Shown here: positions 1 to 8,629 of the stretch, piece by piece | How positions within the stretch are numbered: position 1 is the stretch's first letter | Layout: each line of letters starts with the position of its first letter | The notes under the pieces: generated by a model | Told to the model about the DNA's origin: nothing | What the model saw: only the letters and a program-made list of their open reading frames with translations | The model's database searches: none | Program-made: the position numbers and the translations under genes | Assembly: GCA_012797825.1 (NCBI GenBank) | Contig: JAAZOI010000036.1 | Span: 1 to 32,826, forward strand | From: Eubacteriaceae bacterium | GTDB lineage: Bacteria; Bacillota; Clostridia; Eubacteriales; UBA1433 | Reading direction: 5' to 3' | Length of the DNA stretch: 32,826 bases

Positions 1-507
1 ATAGTATTCATAAGGCAGCGGGTAAATATACGCGTAATCAGGCATAGTCTGATGAAAAGCTGTGTCAAATACTCCAACCATAGGAATATCGCCAAGTATT
101 GCTTTGCATGCTTCAATACCCATCAGGTTAGGCGGATTGTGAAGCGGTGCGAGCGCAACGCAGTCTTCCAATGCTTGTACAACTTCTTTTGTAAGTTTTA
201 CCGAAGAAGCAAATTTTTCCCCCGCGTGAACAACCCTGTGTCCTACAGCTGAAATTTCGCTCATGTCTTTAATAACTCCGCATTTAGGGTCAACAAGCGC
301 GTTCATTAAAATTCTAAGCGCGTCTTTGTGGTCTTTCATAGGCTGTTCAAAAACAGCATTATCTTTTCCTGTCGGCTTATGAGTAAGAACAGAACCCTCT
401 ATCCCGATACGTTCGGCAAGCCCTTTAGCCAACACTGATCTGTCTTCCATATCAAATAATTGATATTTTAAAGAAGAACTTCCGCAATTAATAACTAGTA
501 TTTTCAA
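1..507 (-). CDS. ackA: acetate kinase, N-terminal 169 codons (gene continues past the left edge)
   Basis: My own minus-strand translation from TTG at 507 gives (M)[21 protein letters not shown]...[13 protein letters not shown]...LAPLHNPPN...[11 protein letters not shown]...YPLPYEYY. These are classic acetate/propionate kinase N-terminal signatures. GGAGG (516-520, minus) lies 8 nt upstream of the TTG. The frame is open to base 1. Confidence 0.9.
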   Translation of the reverse strand, partial: MKILVINCGSSSLKYQLFDMEDRSVLAKGLAERIGIEGSVLTHKPTGKDNAVFEQPMKDHKDALRILMNALVDPKCGVIKDMSEISAVGHRVVHAGEKFASSVKLTKEVVQALEDCVALAPLHNPPNLMGIEACKAILGDIPMVGVFDTAFHQTMPDYAYIYPLPYEYY

Positions 508-549
508 TTAATTATCCTCCAATAAATTATGATAAAATAACACCATAAC

Positions 550-578
550 ATTATATATTACGTATATTTTATTTTCAA
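550..578 (-). promoter_or_regulatory. sigma-A-type promoter for ackA (TTGAAA-17 nt-TATAAT)
   Basis: Read on the minus strand, TTGAAA is at 578-573 and TATAAT at 555-550, with a 17-nt spacer. The -10 box lies about 40 nt upstream of the ackA start codon. Confidence 0.5.
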
Positions 579-657
579 TAAATAAATAGTTTTGCGCTTT
601 AAGTAAACTATAATGATATATAATATATGCAAAATATTTTTATTTAAAGGTGCTCAT

Positions 658-1842
658 ATGATATCTGCAGGCATTGTAGCGGAATATAATCCGTTTCATA
701 ACGGACATTATTACCATATAAATAAAACCAAATCTCAAACCGGCGCAGACGTAATAATATGCGTGCTTTCCACTGACTTTGTTCAGCGCGGCGAGGCCGC
801 TGTCTGCAATAAATTTCTGAGGGCGCAAATGGCGCTAAGCGCGGGAGCCGACCTTGTTGTTATGCTTCCTTTCGCTTACAGCTGCCAAGGCGCCGAAATT
901 TTCGCTTACGGTTCGGTAAATATTTTAAACCAACTCTCATGTGACTATATTTCCTTCGGATGCGAAGACGATAATTTGCAGAAGTTAAATAAAGCAGCTG
1001 AAATATTATCTTTTGAAGAAAATAACTTTAAAGATTCATTAAAAAATCATCTTTTCCAAGGCAGATCCTATGCCAAATCAAGGCAGCTTGCGGCAGAGGA
1101 ATATAACCCCGAATTAAATGATATTCTGTGCAGCCCCAACAATATTCTTGCAGTTGAATATTTAAAACAAATTATCTTAAATAATTATCCGATAAAACCG
1201 CAAGCGGTAAAACGTGCTGGCGCAAATCATAATTCTCTGCAGACAGATTCTGTTTTTGCTTCTGCGTCGCAGATTAGACAAATGCTCAAAGCTAAAGATA
1301 ACGGATATATAAACTATGTTCCGGGTTTTACTGCTAATATTTTAAAAGATATAAAAATAAACGATATTGAAAATTATAAAAATATAATATATCAAAATTT
1401 GCTTGTAAGCTCTGCGGAAAAACTCAGCGCTTATCCCGATATATCCCTCTCTCTTGCAAATAAAATAATTAACAACTTCAGCCGGTTTACAAGCGTATCC
1501 GATTTTATTGACAAAATGTCTGATAAACATCATACGAAGTCACGCATCAGCCGAAGCCTCTGCCATATAATCTGCGGTTTTGATATCCCTTACGCAGAGC
1601 TTAAAAGCCAACCCGTTCCTTATATAAGATTACTTGGATTCAATGAAAACGGCAGAAAATATCTAAGCCATATAAAAGACAACAAAAACATTGTTTCAAA
1701 TACAAATGATTTTTTCGCTTCATCAACAGGTTTCGCAAGGCGTATATTTACTTACGACTTAATTGCTTCCGATTTATTTAATCTTGGTATCGGTGCGCCT
1801 AAAGGTATTGATTATAAAACTGTTCCCATTTATTTTGATTAA
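658..1842 (+). CDS. tmcAL: tRNA(Met) cytidine acetate ligase / YlbM-type nucleotidyltransferase (UPF0348)
   Basis: The N-terminus MISAGIVAEYNPFHNGHYYHI carries the HxGH-type nucleotidyltransferase motif characteristic of the YlbM/TmcAL family. I prefer ATG 658 over the track start 613 because AAAGGTG sits 6 nt upstream of 658. Confidence 0.8.
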   Translation: MISAGIVAEYNPFHNGHYYHINKTKSQTGADVIICVLSTDFVQRGEAAVCNKFLRAQMALSAGADLVVMLPFAYSCQGAEIFAYGSVNILNQLSCDYISFGCEDDNLQKLNKAAEILSFEENNFKDSLKNHLFQGRSYAKSRQLAAEEYNPELNDILCSPNNILAVEYLKQIILNNYPIKPQAVKRAGANHNSLQTDSVFASASQIRQMLKAKDNGYINYVPGFTANILKDIKINDIENYKNIIYQNLLVSSAEKLSAYPDISLSLANKIINNFSRFTSVSDFIDKMSDKHHTKSRISRSLCHIICGFDIPYAELKSQPVPYIRLLGFNENGRKYLSHIKDNKNIVSNTNDFFASSTGFARRIFTYDLIASDLFNLGIGAPKGIDYKTVPIYFD

Positions 1843-1912
1843 TAATACCCTGTTTATCATTACTTGTAGTCTTTGCGCATAACTTTTATTAATTATAAGT
1901 TATGGAGTAAAA

Positions 1913-2887
1913 ATGAAAAAATCTAACATTTTAATTTGCGGCATTTTTCTGCTGTTGTTAGTGTTTTGCTTCAAATATCCGGTGCAAACATACGAAAGTG
2001 CGAAATATTCGTTTTTATTATGGCTTAATAAGCTTGCTCCGTTTTTGTTCGTTTTTTTCATACTTAATAAAATTCTTATAGATTTCGGCATCATAAATAT
2101 TTTGAAGCCTTTTTTTTATCCTTTATCAAAATTATATAACGTAGCTCCTCTTTCTTTTTTTGCTGTTTTAGCGGGATATTTGGGTGGTCAACCTGCAGGC
2201 ATTAAAATAGCGTGCGATATGTACTCATCTGGCAAAATTTCCAAACATGACGCCACCTGCGTAACAACATTTTGCTCAATAACTTCTCCCGGTTTTATAT
2301 TAAGCAGCCTTGGGATATTGTTCTATAATAACAGCACTGTAGGAATAATACTGCTTATATCTTCTATTCTTTCTGCGCTTATAGCGGGGCTTTTATTTGT
2401 AAATAACACAGTTCCCCTTGCGTCTTTTGAATCTCCTGCAATGAAAAGTACTGATTTGAATTTTACAAAAACATTTATCGCATCAGTAAGCGACAGTATG
2501 TATACAGTACTGCTTGTCGGAAGCTATATTGTATTTTTCGGAATTTGCGTGGGAATATTAAATGCGAGCGGCTTTTTTGATTTTATTACAGCCATAATAA
2601 GCAACATAGGAATAACTTTGCCGAAAGGCTTTACAACGGGCTTTCTATGGGGAGTGGTAGAGATAACCGGGGGATGCGATAAAATTTATATGCTTGACAT
2701 ATGTCTTACAGCGAAAATAATTTTTACCTCATTTATCATAAACTGGGGCGGGCTTTCTGTTCACGCTCAGTGCATATCTTTTCTTGAAAACGCCGGTTTA
2801 AGCAAAGCTCCTTATTTAAAAGCAAAATCAGTGCAGCCGTTTATCGCCGCACTGATAACTTATGTTTTATGTATGGTTTTATTTTAA
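1913..2887 (+). CDS. ylbJ: polytopic membrane protein, YlbJ-like (nucleoside-recognition-domain sporulation membrane protein family)
   Basis: 324 aa with multiple hydrophobic segments. GGAG lies 5 nt upstream of the ATG. It sits beside rsmD-coaD and ylbM homologues, as ylbJ does in Bacillus. The family call rests on length, topology and context, so it is moderate. Confidence 0.6.
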   Translation: MKKSNILICGIFLLLLVFCFKYPVQTYESAKYSFLLWLNKLAPFLFVFFILNKILIDFGIINILKPFFYPLSKLYNVAPLSFFAVLAGYLGGQPAGIKIACDMYSSGKISKHDATCVTTFCSITSPGFILSSLGILFYNNSTVGIILLISSILSALIAGLLFVNNTVPLASFESPAMKSTDLNFTKTFIASVSDSMYTVLLVGSYIVFFGICVGILNASGFFDFITAIISNIGITLPKGFTTGFLWGVVEITGGCDKIYMLDICLTAKIIFTSFIINWGGLSVHAQCISFLENAGLSKAPYLKAKSVQPFIAALITYVLCMVLF

Positions 2888-3378
2888 GTATTTTTTCTCT
2901 TTATGCTTTTTAGTTGATTTCTGTTTTCTTCAAGAATTTCGTTAGTCTTCTTAAGATCATCCTGAATCCTCTTAATAATTCCCTCGGAATATTCCGCGCA
3001 GCCTGATACTATTTCTTTGGCGTTTGCTTCTGCTTTTGCTATTATTTTTTTTGCTTTTTCTTCACTTTCTTTAATTGTCGTCTCTGCCTGGCTGTATGCG
3101 TTTTTTGCAACTTCGTCGCTGTCTATAAGCTCTTTCTGCTTTTTCATTGCGCCTTCAATTAGCGCTTTCGCTTTAGTCTGCGCGGCAGCAATAATTCTGT
3201 TTTCTTCCTGCTTTATTCTTCTCGCTTCAAGCACTTCTTCAGGCAGCCTCATCCTTATTTCGTCTATGATATCAATTATATCATCGGGATTAAGCATGAT
3301 TTTTTTATTTGACAGAGGAACCGTGTTGCTTCTTCTAACTATTTCTTCCAATTCATCAATTAATTCTATTACTTTCAA
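2884..3378 (-). CDS. K/E/A-rich coiled-coil protein of unknown function (resembles proteins annotated ATPase subunit b/H-like)
   Basis: 164 aa. The TTG start at 3378 overlaps the coaD TGA (TTGA), and GGAGG lies 8 nt upstream. The sequence is strongly helical and charged (EENRIIAAAQTKAKALIEGAMKKQKELI...). No catalytic motif is visible. Confidence 0.65.
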   Translation of the reverse strand: MKVIELIDELEEIVRRSNTVPLSNKKIMLNPDDIIDIIDEIRMRLPEEVLEARRIKQEENRIIAAAQTKAKALIEGAMKKQKELIDSDEVAKNAYSQAETTIKESEEKAKKIIAKAEANAKEIVSGCAEYSEGIIKRIQDDLKKTNEILEENRNQLKSIKRKNT

Positions 3379-3860
3379 TCTTTATTCCTCCATTTTTCTA
3401 TAATAGCATCTTTTACGTGCTCGGGCACCAGCCCTGCAATGTCTCCGCCGTAAAAAGCCACTTCTTTTATAATGCTTGAGCTTATAAAAGAATGATCTAC
3501 CGCAGATACCAATAATACTGTCTCTACATCATTTTCAAGTCTCTTATTCATCAGAGCCATCTGAACTTCTATTTCATAGTCGGTAATAGCTCTTAATCCT
3601 TTGAAAATGGCATTTGCTCCTTTTTCCCTGCAAAAATCCACAAGCAGCCCGTCGTATGAAACTACTTCAATATTATGTATGTCTTTAACCGATTCCTTAA
3701 TAAAATTTACCCTTTCTTCAGCAGTAAACATATATTTTTTGCTTCGGTTTACCAAAACTGCGACATACAGCTTTTCAACTAATTTCGATGCTCTCCAAAT
3801 AATATCCAAATGTCCGTTTGTAATCGGGTCAAAACTCCCCGGATATACTGCTGTACTCAT
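3375..3860 (-). CDS. coaD: phosphopantetheine adenylyltransferase
   Basis: MSTAVYPGSFDPITNGHLDII contains the T/HxGH motif. The 161 aa length is typical. The start overlaps the rsmD stop (TAATG). Confidence 0.95.
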   Translation of the reverse strand: MSTAVYPGSFDPITNGHLDIIWRASKLVEKLYVAVLVNRSKKYMFTAEERVNFIKESVKDIHNIEVVSYDGLLVDFCREKGANAIFKGLRAITDYEIEVQMALMNKRLENDVETVLLVSAVDHSFISSSIIKEVAFYGGDIAGLVPEHVKDAIIEKWRNKD

Positions 3861-4402
3861 TAACTGATCCTTTCGTAAATTGATAATGTTGTATCTGAAT
3901 ATTTTTTCTGTTTTGTAAGTTCCATGCTTTCACAGGAATTTATAATACTTCCGCTGTCATGCTCAATTATCAATAAACCGCCTTCTTTAAGTATACCTGC
4001 TTGCTGCACTTTTAAGACAATATCACATACTCCGTCCATAGCATAAGGCGGATCTAAAAATATTATATCAAAATTATATTTATTTTGTTTAATAAAATTA
4101 AAAAAATTATCTTTTATAACAATACTGTTCTCTCTAACACCTGTATTTTCTATATTTTTCTTTATAATATTAATACTTGCCTGATTATTGTCGATAAAAA
4201 CGCATTTTCCCGCCCCTCTGCTTATAGCTTCAATCCCCACAGCTCCGCTCCCCGCAAATCCGTCTAAAAATACGCTGTCTTCAATATAAGCAGCAATTAT
4301 ATTAAATATCGCCTCTCTTACTTTAGCTCCCGTCGGGCGAATATCGTTATTTTTTAAAGTTATTACCAGTCTTCCTTTTGCTTTCCCGCCGATTATTCTC
4401 AC
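3860..4402 (-). CDS. rsmD: 16S rRNA (guanine966-N2)-methyltransferase
   Basis: MRIIGGKAKGRLV...RPTGAKVREAIFNI...DGFAGSGAVGIEAISRGA...FLDPPY. This gives the SAM-binding and DPPY motifs. It lies upstream of coaD, as in Bacillus ylbH-coaD. Confidence 0.9.
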   Translation of the reverse strand: MRIIGGKAKGRLVITLKNNDIRPTGAKVREAIFNIIAAYIEDSVFLDGFAGSGAVGIEAISRGAGKCVFIDNNQASINIIKKNIENTGVRENSIVIKDNFFNFIKQNKYNFDIIFLDPPYAMDGVCDIVLKVQQAGILKEGGLLIIEHDSGSIINSCESMELTKQKKYSDTTLSIYERIS

Positions 4403-4413
4403 GCTTACTTCTC

Positions 4414-6468
4414 CTAATTATCTATAACATCCGATTGGTTTAAATAAAATAAATTTAATATCTTATTAATAGTATCGCTGTATTTTTCATCCGAACACAT
4501 CATATCCGCCGCTTTATTTGCTTTATAAATTAATTCGGGATTTTTATAAATATCGGCATATTTAAAATTAAACATCCCGTGCTGTCTGTAGCCGAACATC
4601 TCGCCTGGCCCCCTTAAATATAAATCCTGCTGCGCAATTTCAAATCCGTCGGAAGAATTTTTAAGTATTTCTATGCGTTTTGCTGCCATTTCCGACTTTG
4701 AGTCAGTCAGCAGTATGCACTGCCCTTGCGCGCTGCCTCTGCCGTCTCTTCCCCGAAGTTGGTGCAGCTGAGAAAGTCCGAATCTTTCAGCATTGTTTAT
4801 AACAATTAAATTCGCATTTGCAACATCAACTCCTACCTCAATAACGGTAGTAGCAACCAATACGCTTATTTCATTGTTTATAAACTTGTTTGTTATATTA
4901 TCTTTGTCCTGCGCGCTCATTTTGCCGTGAATATAGCCTATATTGATGCCGCTTAAGTCTTTAGATAATTCTTTATACTGCTGTTCTAGTGAAAATATAT
5001 TTTCATCCTCATCCGGCTCAATTCCCGCGCACACTATATAGCATTGCTGAGCTGATTTTACTTTATTTTCTATATATTTGTACAGTCTTTTCTTATTTGA
5101 ATAATCCGTAGAATAAGTAAGCACAGGTCTCCGCTCAGGCGGCATCTGGTCTATTATACTGACATCAAGATTCGCATACAGAGCCATTGATAAAGTTCTT
5201 GGTATGGGCGTTGCGCTCATCATTAAAATATGCGGATTTTTTCCTTTGTTTGCAATGCGCGCTCTCTGCGCCACTCCGAATTTATGCTGTTCATCCGTTA
5301 TTACAAGTGCTAGATTATTATATTCAATATCACCTGAAAACAAGGCGTGCGTTCCTATTGCGATAATTCCTTCTTCTTGCCTAAGCGCTTTTTTAGCCTC
5401 TTCCCTGTCTTTTGAGGATGACGTCAATAAAACGGCCTTGACATTGAATATATCTGTAAGCTTTTTTATGTTTTCAAAATGCTGCTTTGCAAGCATCTCG
5501 GTAGGCGCGATAAACGCCGACTGGTAACCGTTTTTAGAAGCGTTTATTAAAGCATAAAATGCCACAATAGTTTTTCCGCATCCCACATCGCCCTGCACCA
5601 GCCTGTTCATTACCTGAGCATCTTTTCCCATATCAAAAATTATATCATTAACGGCATTTATTTGAGCCTCAGTCAATACATAATTTAAATTCGCCGTAAA
5701 TTTTTCTCTGATTAAGTCATTAATAATAAAATTATTTTTCCTTCCGGTAATTTCTTTTTTTCTTTGTTTTAAGTATAGTATTGCGGAAAATACTTCATCA
5801 AATGCAAGCCTGTCTCTTGCAGGTATTATATCGCTTTTATTTTCGGGTAAATGAAGGCAAAGTATCGCTTGCCTTATATCCATAATGTCAAGCTCGTTTT
5901 TAATTTCATTTGTAAGCAAATCGCAAATATTATTTTTGCACAGACTAAGAGCGTTATTAATTATCAGTCTGAATGTGTTTTGTGAAATATTTATATTCTG
6001 CGGTATTCTGTACTCGGCAAATATTTTAAGCGCGGAAGATAAATCATTATATTCAAATACCGATTTAGGATTAGTTATTACAAATCCTTGCCGAATTGCC
6101 TCTATCCATCCATATACGTAATACTCTTTATCCATTGCAAATCTTGACGCGCTGTATGAAGCGTTATATATAACTATGCTGCCTTTAATTCCGCTGCTAA
6201 CGGCATTTATTTTAACAACACTTTTTCTGTTTTTTAAATAACTTATTTTAGCGTTTGATGTTACTTTAATTATAACGCCCGCATAACAGCTTTTTTCAAT
6301 ATCAGCGATATCAGCAAGTTGCGTTCTGTCTTCATATGATTTTGGTATATACATCAAAAGGTTATATAGAGAAAAAATGCCCATATCCTTAAGGGCATTC
6401 TCTCTTTTATCAGCTATACCTTTTATTTGTTTTAATTCAATATTTTGTTCTTTTAAATAAAATAACAT
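4414..6468 (-). CDS. recG: ATP-dependent DNA helicase RecG
   Basis: 684 aa with an N-terminal wedge-like domain, Walker A GDVGCGKT, DEQH and a motif VI-like QLRGRDGRG. It sits in the conserved position downstream of yloV. Confidence 0.95.
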   Translation of the reverse strand: MLFYLKEQNIELKQIKGIADKRENALKDMGIFSLYNLLMYIPKSYEDRTQLADIADIEKSCYAGVIIKVTSNAKISYLKNRKSVVKINAVSSGIKGSIVIYNASYSASRFAMDKEYYVYGWIEAIRQGFVITNPKSVFEYNDLSSALKIFAEYRIPQNINISQNTFRLIINNALSLCKNNICDLLTNEIKNELDIMDIRQAILCLHLPENKSDIIPARDRLAFDEVFSAILYLKQRKKEITGRKNNFIINDLIREKFTANLNYVLTEAQINAVNDIIFDMGKDAQVMNRLVQGDVGCGKTIVAFYALINASKNGYQSAFIAPTEMLAKQHFENIKKLTDIFNVKAVLLTSSSKDREEAKKALRQEEGIIAIGTHALFSGDIEYNNLALVITDEQHKFGVAQRARIANKGKNPHILMMSATPIPRTLSMALYANLDVSIIDQMPPERRPVLTYSTDYSNKKRLYKYIENKVKSAQQCYIVCAGIEPDEDENIFSLEQQYKELSKDLSGINIGYIHGKMSAQDKDNITNKFINNEISVLVATTVIEVGVDVANANLIVINNAERFGLSQLHQLRGRDGRGSAQGQCILLTDSKSEMAAKRIEILKNSSDGFEIAQQDLYLRGPGEMFGYRQHGMFNFKYADIYKNPELIYKANKAADMMCSDEKYSDTINKILNLFYLNQSDVIDN

Positions 6469-6478
6469 AAATAATTTC

Positions 6479-8101
6479 TTACTCTACCGATACTATATAA
6501 TAATATAAGGGCTGTCCGCCGTACTGCAGTACAACATCGATATTGCTATACATCTTTTCAATTTTCTTATGAAGTCTTTCGGCGTCTTTTTCTTCTACTT
6601 CTTCTCCGTAATAAATATAAATAAGTTCGGTATCTTTGTCCGCCATATTCGAAATAAGCTCAATTGCGGTCTTTTCCGGGGAAGTCGTTACCGTAACTAT
6701 TCCGTCTCTGTCGCTGATTCCTATTATGTTGCCTTTTTTTATAGTTTTATTTCCGATATTCGTATCGCGTACAGCGAAAGTAACCTGACCTGTTTTTACG
6801 TTTTTAATCGCATTATTAATATTTTCTATATTTTCCTCATTATCCGCATTTTCATCGTAAGCAAGTATAGCGGCTATTCCCTGAGGTATTGTTTTGGTGG
6901 GTATTGCTACAATGTTTTCTCCTGACAGCTCTTTTGCCTGGTTAGCCGCAAGAATAATATTTTTATTGTTCGGAAGTAAATATATCACGTCAGCGTTTAT
7001 AAATTCAATTTCATCTAAAAAATCCTGAGTGCTGGGGTTCATTGTCTGCCCGCCTTGAATAATATTGCCAACGCCTAAATCCTCAAAAATTTTGCTTAGA
7101 CCGCTTCCCGCAGATACTGTCACGAAAGCAAATTTTGAGCGTTTTTCAGGTTTTTTTCTTGAAAATGCGCCGTCTTGCATCAAAGTGTTTTCGTGCTGCA
7201 GTTTCATATTCTCAATTTTTACATCAATAAGCTCTCCGTGAACCAAACAGTGAGATATGACTTTTCCGGGGTCGTTGGAATGAATATGTATTTTTATTAC
7301 ATCTTCATCTCCTATTACAAGCATGCTGTCGCCAAGAGGCGCCAGTTTTGTGCGTAGAGTGGGGGCTGTTGAAGAATCTCCCTGTATCATAACCTCTGTG
7401 CAGTACAAAAACTTTATATCGTGAGATACCGATGTATCCGCGATTTTCTGAGTGCCTTTTGCCTGTGAAAAGTCTTTATCTTCTATTTTTTCGCCTTTAA
7501 TAGAAGCAAGATAACCTTTGAAAATATATATAAGTCCCATTCCGCCGGCATCAACTACACCGGCTTCTTTTAATACCGGAAGCATGTCCGGAGTTTTTGC
7601 GAGTATTACCTCGCCGTGAGCTATTATATCCTCTAAAAATTTTTCTATTTCTTCATATTTGCCGCAGTTTGCCACAGCAAATGCTCCCATTTCGCGGGCT
7701 ACAGTTAAAATAGTTCCTTCTGTAGGTTTTATTACAGCTTTATATGCCATGTCGGAAGAAGATTTTAAACAATCAGCAAATTGTGAAACGTTTAATGTAT
7801 TTCTTTCCTTGCATCCTTCATAAAACCCTCTGAAAAGTTGTGAAAGTATAACGCCGGAATTGCCTCTTGCGCCCATCAAAGCGCCGGACGACATTAGTTT
7901 GGCAATGCTTTTCACATTTATTTCATCTGCTTTTTGCACATTTTTTGCCGCATAACTTATGGTCAGCGACATATTGGTTCCCGTGTCTCCGTCCGGGACA
8001 GGAAAAACATTAAGACTGTTTACTTCATCTTTGTTTATCTCTAAATATGCAGCAGCATATATTATGGCATCTTTCAATGCCTGTCCGCTAATTGTATTCA
8101 T
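6479..8101 (-). CDS. DAK2 (DhaL-like) domain protein, YloV family
   Basis: 540 aa. The N-terminus ...VFPVPDGDTGTNM... is typical of the DhaL/DAK2 domain, followed by the long C-terminal domain seen in YloV. It is paired with an Asp23-like gene immediately upstream. Confidence 0.85.
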   Translation of the reverse strand: MNTISGQALKDAIIYAAAYLEINKDEVNSLNVFPVPDGDTGTNMSLTISYAAKNVQKADEINVKSIAKLMSSGALMGARGNSGVILSQLFRGFYEGCKERNTLNVSQFADCLKSSSDMAYKAVIKPTEGTILTVAREMGAFAVANCGKYEEIEKFLEDIIAHGEVILAKTPDMLPVLKEAGVVDAGGMGLIYIFKGYLASIKGEKIEDKDFSQAKGTQKIADTSVSHDIKFLYCTEVMIQGDSSTAPTLRTKLAPLGDSMLVIGDEDVIKIHIHSNDPGKVISHCLVHGELIDVKIENMKLQHENTLMQDGAFSRKKPEKRSKFAFVTVSAGSGLSKIFEDLGVGNIIQGGQTMNPSTQDFLDEIEFINADVIYLLPNNKNIILAANQAKELSGENIVAIPTKTIPQGIAAILAYDENADNEENIENINNAIKNVKTGQVTFAVRDTNIGNKTIKKGNIIGISDRDGIVTVTTSPEKTAIELISNMADKDTELIYIYYGEEVEEKDAERLHKKIEKMYSNIDVVLQYGGQPLYYYIVSVE

Positions 8102-8119
8102 TGTTGCACCTTTTAAGTC

Positions 8120-8464
8120 TTAAACTCTTACACTTTCTACATAGATGTTAATTTTCTTTACTTTAATATCGGTTGCGAGTTCAACATTATATCTTACTTT
8201 TTCTACAACGTTTTCTGCCACTGTTTGAAGCTTAACTCCGAATTCAAAAATTACAAATAAATCTATAATAATGCCGTCGCCGTCTTGTGTTATTCTGACG
8301 CCTTTAGAACCTTGTTCTCTTTTTAAAAGTTCTACAAGCCCGCAATGCTTTTTGGCCAAACCGACAAGACCGTAAGAATCCATTGCCGCAAAAGCTGCAA
8401 TTTTCGCTATCATACGCTTAGACATTTTAATAAGTCCATATCTGCTTTCAGCGTCTATATACAT
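8120..8464 (-). CDS. Asp23/Gls24-family alkaline shock-like protein (YloU-like)
   Basis: 114 aa (...MIAKIAAFAAMDSYGLVGL...VEKVRYNVELATDIKVKKINIYVESV). AAAGGAGGTG lies upstream of the ATG. The conserved yloU-yloV pairing is divergent from rpmB. Confidence 0.85.
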   Translation of the reverse strand: MYIDAESRYGLIKMSKRMIAKIAAFAAMDSYGLVGLAKKHCGLVELLKREQGSKGVRITQDGDGIIIDLFVIFEFGVKLQTVAENVVEKVRYNVELATDIKVKKINIYVESVRV

Positions 8465-8485
8465 TAAGACACCTCCTTTGTTCGT

Positions 8486-8514
8486 ATTTTACTTCATTTT
8501 TTTGTTTTTATCAA
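8486..8514 (-). promoter_or_regulatory. sigma-A-type promoter for the asp23-yloV-recG-rsmD-coaD run (TTGATA-17-TAAAAT)
   Basis: Read on the minus strand, TTGATA is at 8514-8509 and TAAAAT at 8491-8486, with a 17-nt spacer. The -10 box ends about 20 nt upstream of the ATG at 8464. Confidence 0.5.
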
Positions 8515-8562
8515 GTTTTGTTATAATTTATTGTATATATTTAAAAACTTTTAAAAAAACAT

Positions 8563-8592
8563 TTGCAAATTTATATTTTTTAGTGTTATAAT
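8563..8592 (+). promoter_or_regulatory. sigma-A-type promoter for rpmB (TTGCAA-18-TGtTATAAT, extended -10)
   Basis: TTGCAA is at 8563-8568, TG at 8584-8585 and TATAAT at 8587-8592. AAGGAGG at 8616-8622 precedes the ATG at 8630. Confidence 0.55.
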
Positions 8593-8629
8593 ATTTAACG
8601 CTCTATGCAAATACTAAGGAGGTATTAAC

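Noticed and set aside
52-252. 66-aa plus-strand track ORF at the left edge
   Set aside because: It lies entirely antisense to the clear acetate kinase reading frame, and its product has no features. The same reasoning applies to the other short antisense track ORFs (e.g. 640..828, 1342..1533, 5204..5527, 6569..6925, 10273..10611, 12584..12853, 13004..13506, 13706..14114, 14947..15258, 18134..18421, 21604..21890, 28489..28837, 30974..31177, 31961..32164, 32463..32672).
1855-1885. Possible sigma-E-type sporulation promoter upstream of ylbJ (ATCATTA ... CATAACTT)
   Set aside because: The -10 matches only 4 of the first 6 bases of CATACA, and the -35 is a poor match. In DNA this AT-rich such similarity is expected by chance. 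It is mentioned only as a side note to the inverted-repeat finding.
3017-3403. 128-aa plus-strand ORF rich in S/F/I/L, antisense to the coiled-coil gene
   Set aside because: It is a typical shadow ORF. The sense gene is rich in GAA/AAA/GCA codons, whose complements give stop-free Phe/Ser/Leu-rich frames. It has no SD and a low-complexity product. The sense gene has a GGAGG SD and operon context.
8465-8629. Checked the 165-nt asp23/rpmB divergent region for an ncRNA or ribosomal-protein leader structure
   Set aside because: The region is fully explained by two back-to-back sigma-A-like promoters and two strong SD sequences. The rpmB leader is only about 30 nt, and I saw no stable pairing.
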